17,713 nt of DNA from an archaeon. Its GTDB lineage: Archaea > Iainarchaeota > Iainarchaeia > Iainarchaeales > CSSED10-239. Position 1 is the first letter of the stretch; each line of letters starts with the position of its first letter. The translations under genes and the position numbers were made by a program. The stretch lies in the NCBI GenBank assembly GCA_035390665.1, contig DAOOUC010000013.1:1-17713 (forward strand). Reading direction: 5' to 3'. This document shows, in pieces, positions 17,401-17,713 of this stretch. The notes under the pieces were generated by a model, which searched no databases, was not told the origin of the DNA, and saw nothing but the letters and a program-made list of their open reading frames with translations.

Positions 17401-17713
17401 AATTTTCTGAAGTTGGAAAAATTAATTCTAAAAGGAAAGGAGAAGCAATTGTAAAATTATCTTCTTATGGAATAACCCCTATGGAATTACTTTCAGTAAT
17501 ACAAACAACAAAAGATGAAATGATTAAAGATAAAAAAGACAATGAAATAATCTATGCTTATGTTGATTGGGAAAAAGAATATAGTTCTTCAAACACAGAA
17601 GAATACTGTAAGACTTTAGAAAGATATAATTTAAAATTAGGAGACAAAGAAACAACATTTAGAAAACCTGCAGAATGTGATTTTGAGGAAAGTAAATCAG
17701 AAAAAACTGCAAA
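11484..17713 (+). CDS. Giant membrane-anchored surface protein, 3'-truncated by the window end (more than 2076 codons)
   Basis: It is absent from the supplied ORF track. Hand translation from the ATG at 11484 stays open for 6230 nt to the last base. No other + strand ORF and only short - strand shadow ORFs are listed here. It has an acidic N-terminal tail (EEFDDFEEEDYDYSDES) and one TM helix (about aa 74-98, nt ~11703-11777). Then come tandem beta-sandwich-like repeats and Cys-containing, Asn/Thr/Ser-rich extracellular sequence. Confidence 0.85.
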   Translation, partial: MAKAKSKPAKEEFDDFEEEDYDYSDESKSKEKNIFGKAYSFLEEKYFAFSDWLSKKGIPLDKLNTFLEEKGIPSFAAVTCFFFLLLAIIILIIINIATTATIELNITDYSNNSLSDVQLIVSDLYGKTKFSGIVNDGDKIKAKLKSGSDYVIEATKSDLENYNNQIVFVRGDKFNIKFNEKYTTGDLSIVVTDTQTKKKVPLYEVKLNFRINGEAKEEVAIADEKGEISFTNIPLDKDITLTVNADGYQTYSQNFRLLNSVETKNIELAFDEDSILLSGKESKVTIVVTKENGDLIDAADVTIYNTAGEIIATNLTVLGKSVFTLNSGQAIRFVVSKEGYRTYDSDKEERSYRIQNPEETYTAKLIAGSSDLKVKVLEKGVGPLSEAEVSLYNSSNNLIESKTTQLDGIVIFTGLDKNTEYIVTACKTGYYCLQSFANIEEENEIQQELEKVSIDTSALLSIYVYDSLNSPMTNAKVNVFKEVMSRYVATGHGTLSVDLTGQTSIMTKHGDKYKVTAIVGEVEKTEEITIDPFKDNKLILILDQASRFVTLNLTDKDGNPITEGCVLIKSKTGEILFDDCLNGSNIVEFNNKGYKDLIVEYTDIEGNTTTMSTRLGESDEINLKIKQTTVGNNPVISFLELRDSYNSLTPILSLDKEYYAVFDVLIPEGATSCAVHFRAGDDEQTDSDNMTYGITGYKADTTNYKYSTTYTPGQQSIDYDNSGSPNQINKWLELYWKNLDQITNKQIMIKLKATELDEKFILKYRVWCESEGKVYRDPIDSVLGETRSNSQKQFLYADTKEQTFDVLETPADCSGDLCIDYKFIDDSSFEYTPEKFYAVKEGLYALELSFLSMKNTELSIDSETDKSRPIIGLVNYQDTGMFPSNTVASEEVQLSYTNLNLEATKRKAVYLFFIAKETGSTYLDLKINNNSKITEKRISFNVVPRKTMEVLVKDVIPYNSPIVVEIKDKDTKKIVDTAFVKVSDDSGSLLGSVKNSKTGKYIINQNFSVAKPILEVTAPGYAPYAKHLIIADTGILSAPDRLEIRFGENISQESESFIIINKSSQEITDLTYQLNYIDYVASMQATLDLPAVLKSGKSENLELITTVDPKANFKTAKGILTISGFIGNKQVVKEIEVIYYRGTIESDCLEIKPKQLFAYVGISEGSSQELMFSVHNNCQKAISITPELLNSRGTKIRKDENIEIIIPNIDIEANEQIDDYTIVVKNNKERKLTKTYNFEIAWRNQYFVFENTKLNVELVDLSKSLVVIPLASAISLVQVVDQQPALNQTRFILKNVGKYPLTDIQISRFEATTYSNIEDKIEPPSFESIKPGESKSITIRYSGKIDKATYADLYYQVTANAVGVSTPITTKFSVGFMFSSAGCLKLDQTKISFYSKVNEEKTKLINITNQCAEPVGLITHDQGNSTYFIDTFGDGTQVSIYPAVAAPVIYPGQTIGYFIRIKPTKYFTPKTDRVVRLLGVPTNYGQGGRVTSNTFLFSIELEPEHPDQEEDYKRVEENISIPVCGKDSESDDSTVDYTFPVIVPDCKQDGYCDSYSAAELILEQIQSLHTEVINSSNQANNKVVQTACSQTAANNGYCPISDILPPQKLQEYKNILLYLQNDNLSERTIELLLKDGNTSATKYPTIKDYMVKANVGYTTGGLGFSGNVIHISNKLNGCGRYKLEITGAIATKNYTDLDPQRAYFFLDVVDSNKTDQCKKNIENVMIFLPKDLKFRRTNTGDTWLTIITGSKDFAQPIAKDVFGSEDRFVLKSVEQKKYSLLDVTIGELKDSESDAIAKMYYKDSVDSNNSKAEEVSIIINDKFGIKKEGIKDVNYPAEFITDTSRSIKAILEGKPANICISEDKSYMLIMSIDSDYGSLFLKSKADGKLQLKPTKTCTEFTVKSAVNEQVSISYEDLSGIQLNFNYDGKDYPSPMPLVLEKDKELDFNVCIKSDISQISSWNNKELKVIAESKFSEVGKINSKRKGEAIVKLSSYGITPMELLSVIQTTKDEMIKDKKDNEIIYAYVDWEKEYSSSNTEEYCKTLERYNLKLGDKETTFRKPAECDFEESKSEKTA

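Noticed and set aside
1-17713. Looked for CRISPR arrays, rRNA/tRNA genes, transposase/integrase genes and terminal inverted repeats
   Set aside because: I saw no regularly spaced direct repeats, no conserved rRNA/tRNA-like GC-rich blocks and no transposase- or integrase-like ORFs. The only long non-tandem repeat is the TR/VR pair.

Overview
This is a visibly AT-rich, tightly packed 17.7-kb window. It most likely comes from a small-genome archaeon (DPANN-like). I infer that from an archaeal class III (type IV pilin-like) signal peptide, AT-rich TATA-like boxes close to start codons, and the gene content. No search was possible. The centrepiece is a complete diversity-generating retroelement (DGR) on the + strand at about 876-4602. 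Its parts, in order: (1) a target gene (876-2228) whose last ~40 codons carry a 119-bp variable repeat (VR, 2101-2219); (2) an unknown 132-aa ORF; (3) an Avd-like four-helix-bundle accessory gene (2824-3156); (4) the template repeat (TR, 3231-3349); (5) a hairpin-rich spacer; (6) a DGR-type reverse transcriptase (3571-4602, motifs IGNLTSQ and YVDD). By hand alignment, TR and VR differ at 20 positions, and every one is an adenine in TR. All 85 non-A positions are identical. The diversified protein is a pilin-like, N-terminally anchored C-type-lectin/FGE-sulfatase-fold protein. Upstream on the - strand are a RelE/ParE-like toxin with a small wHTH-like partner, and the first 25 codons of another gene. 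Downstream on the + strand are a flavodoxin-like/2x[4Fe-4S] ferredoxin, a purine phosphoribosyltransferase, a DUF2207-type membrane protein with a poly-Gly tail, PEP synthase, a low-molecular-weight phosphotyrosine phosphatase and LemA. Last is a giant open-ended ORF (11484 to the window end, more than 2076 codons). The supplied ORF track omits it because it has no stop codon inside the window. I found no rRNA, tRNA or CRISPR array.
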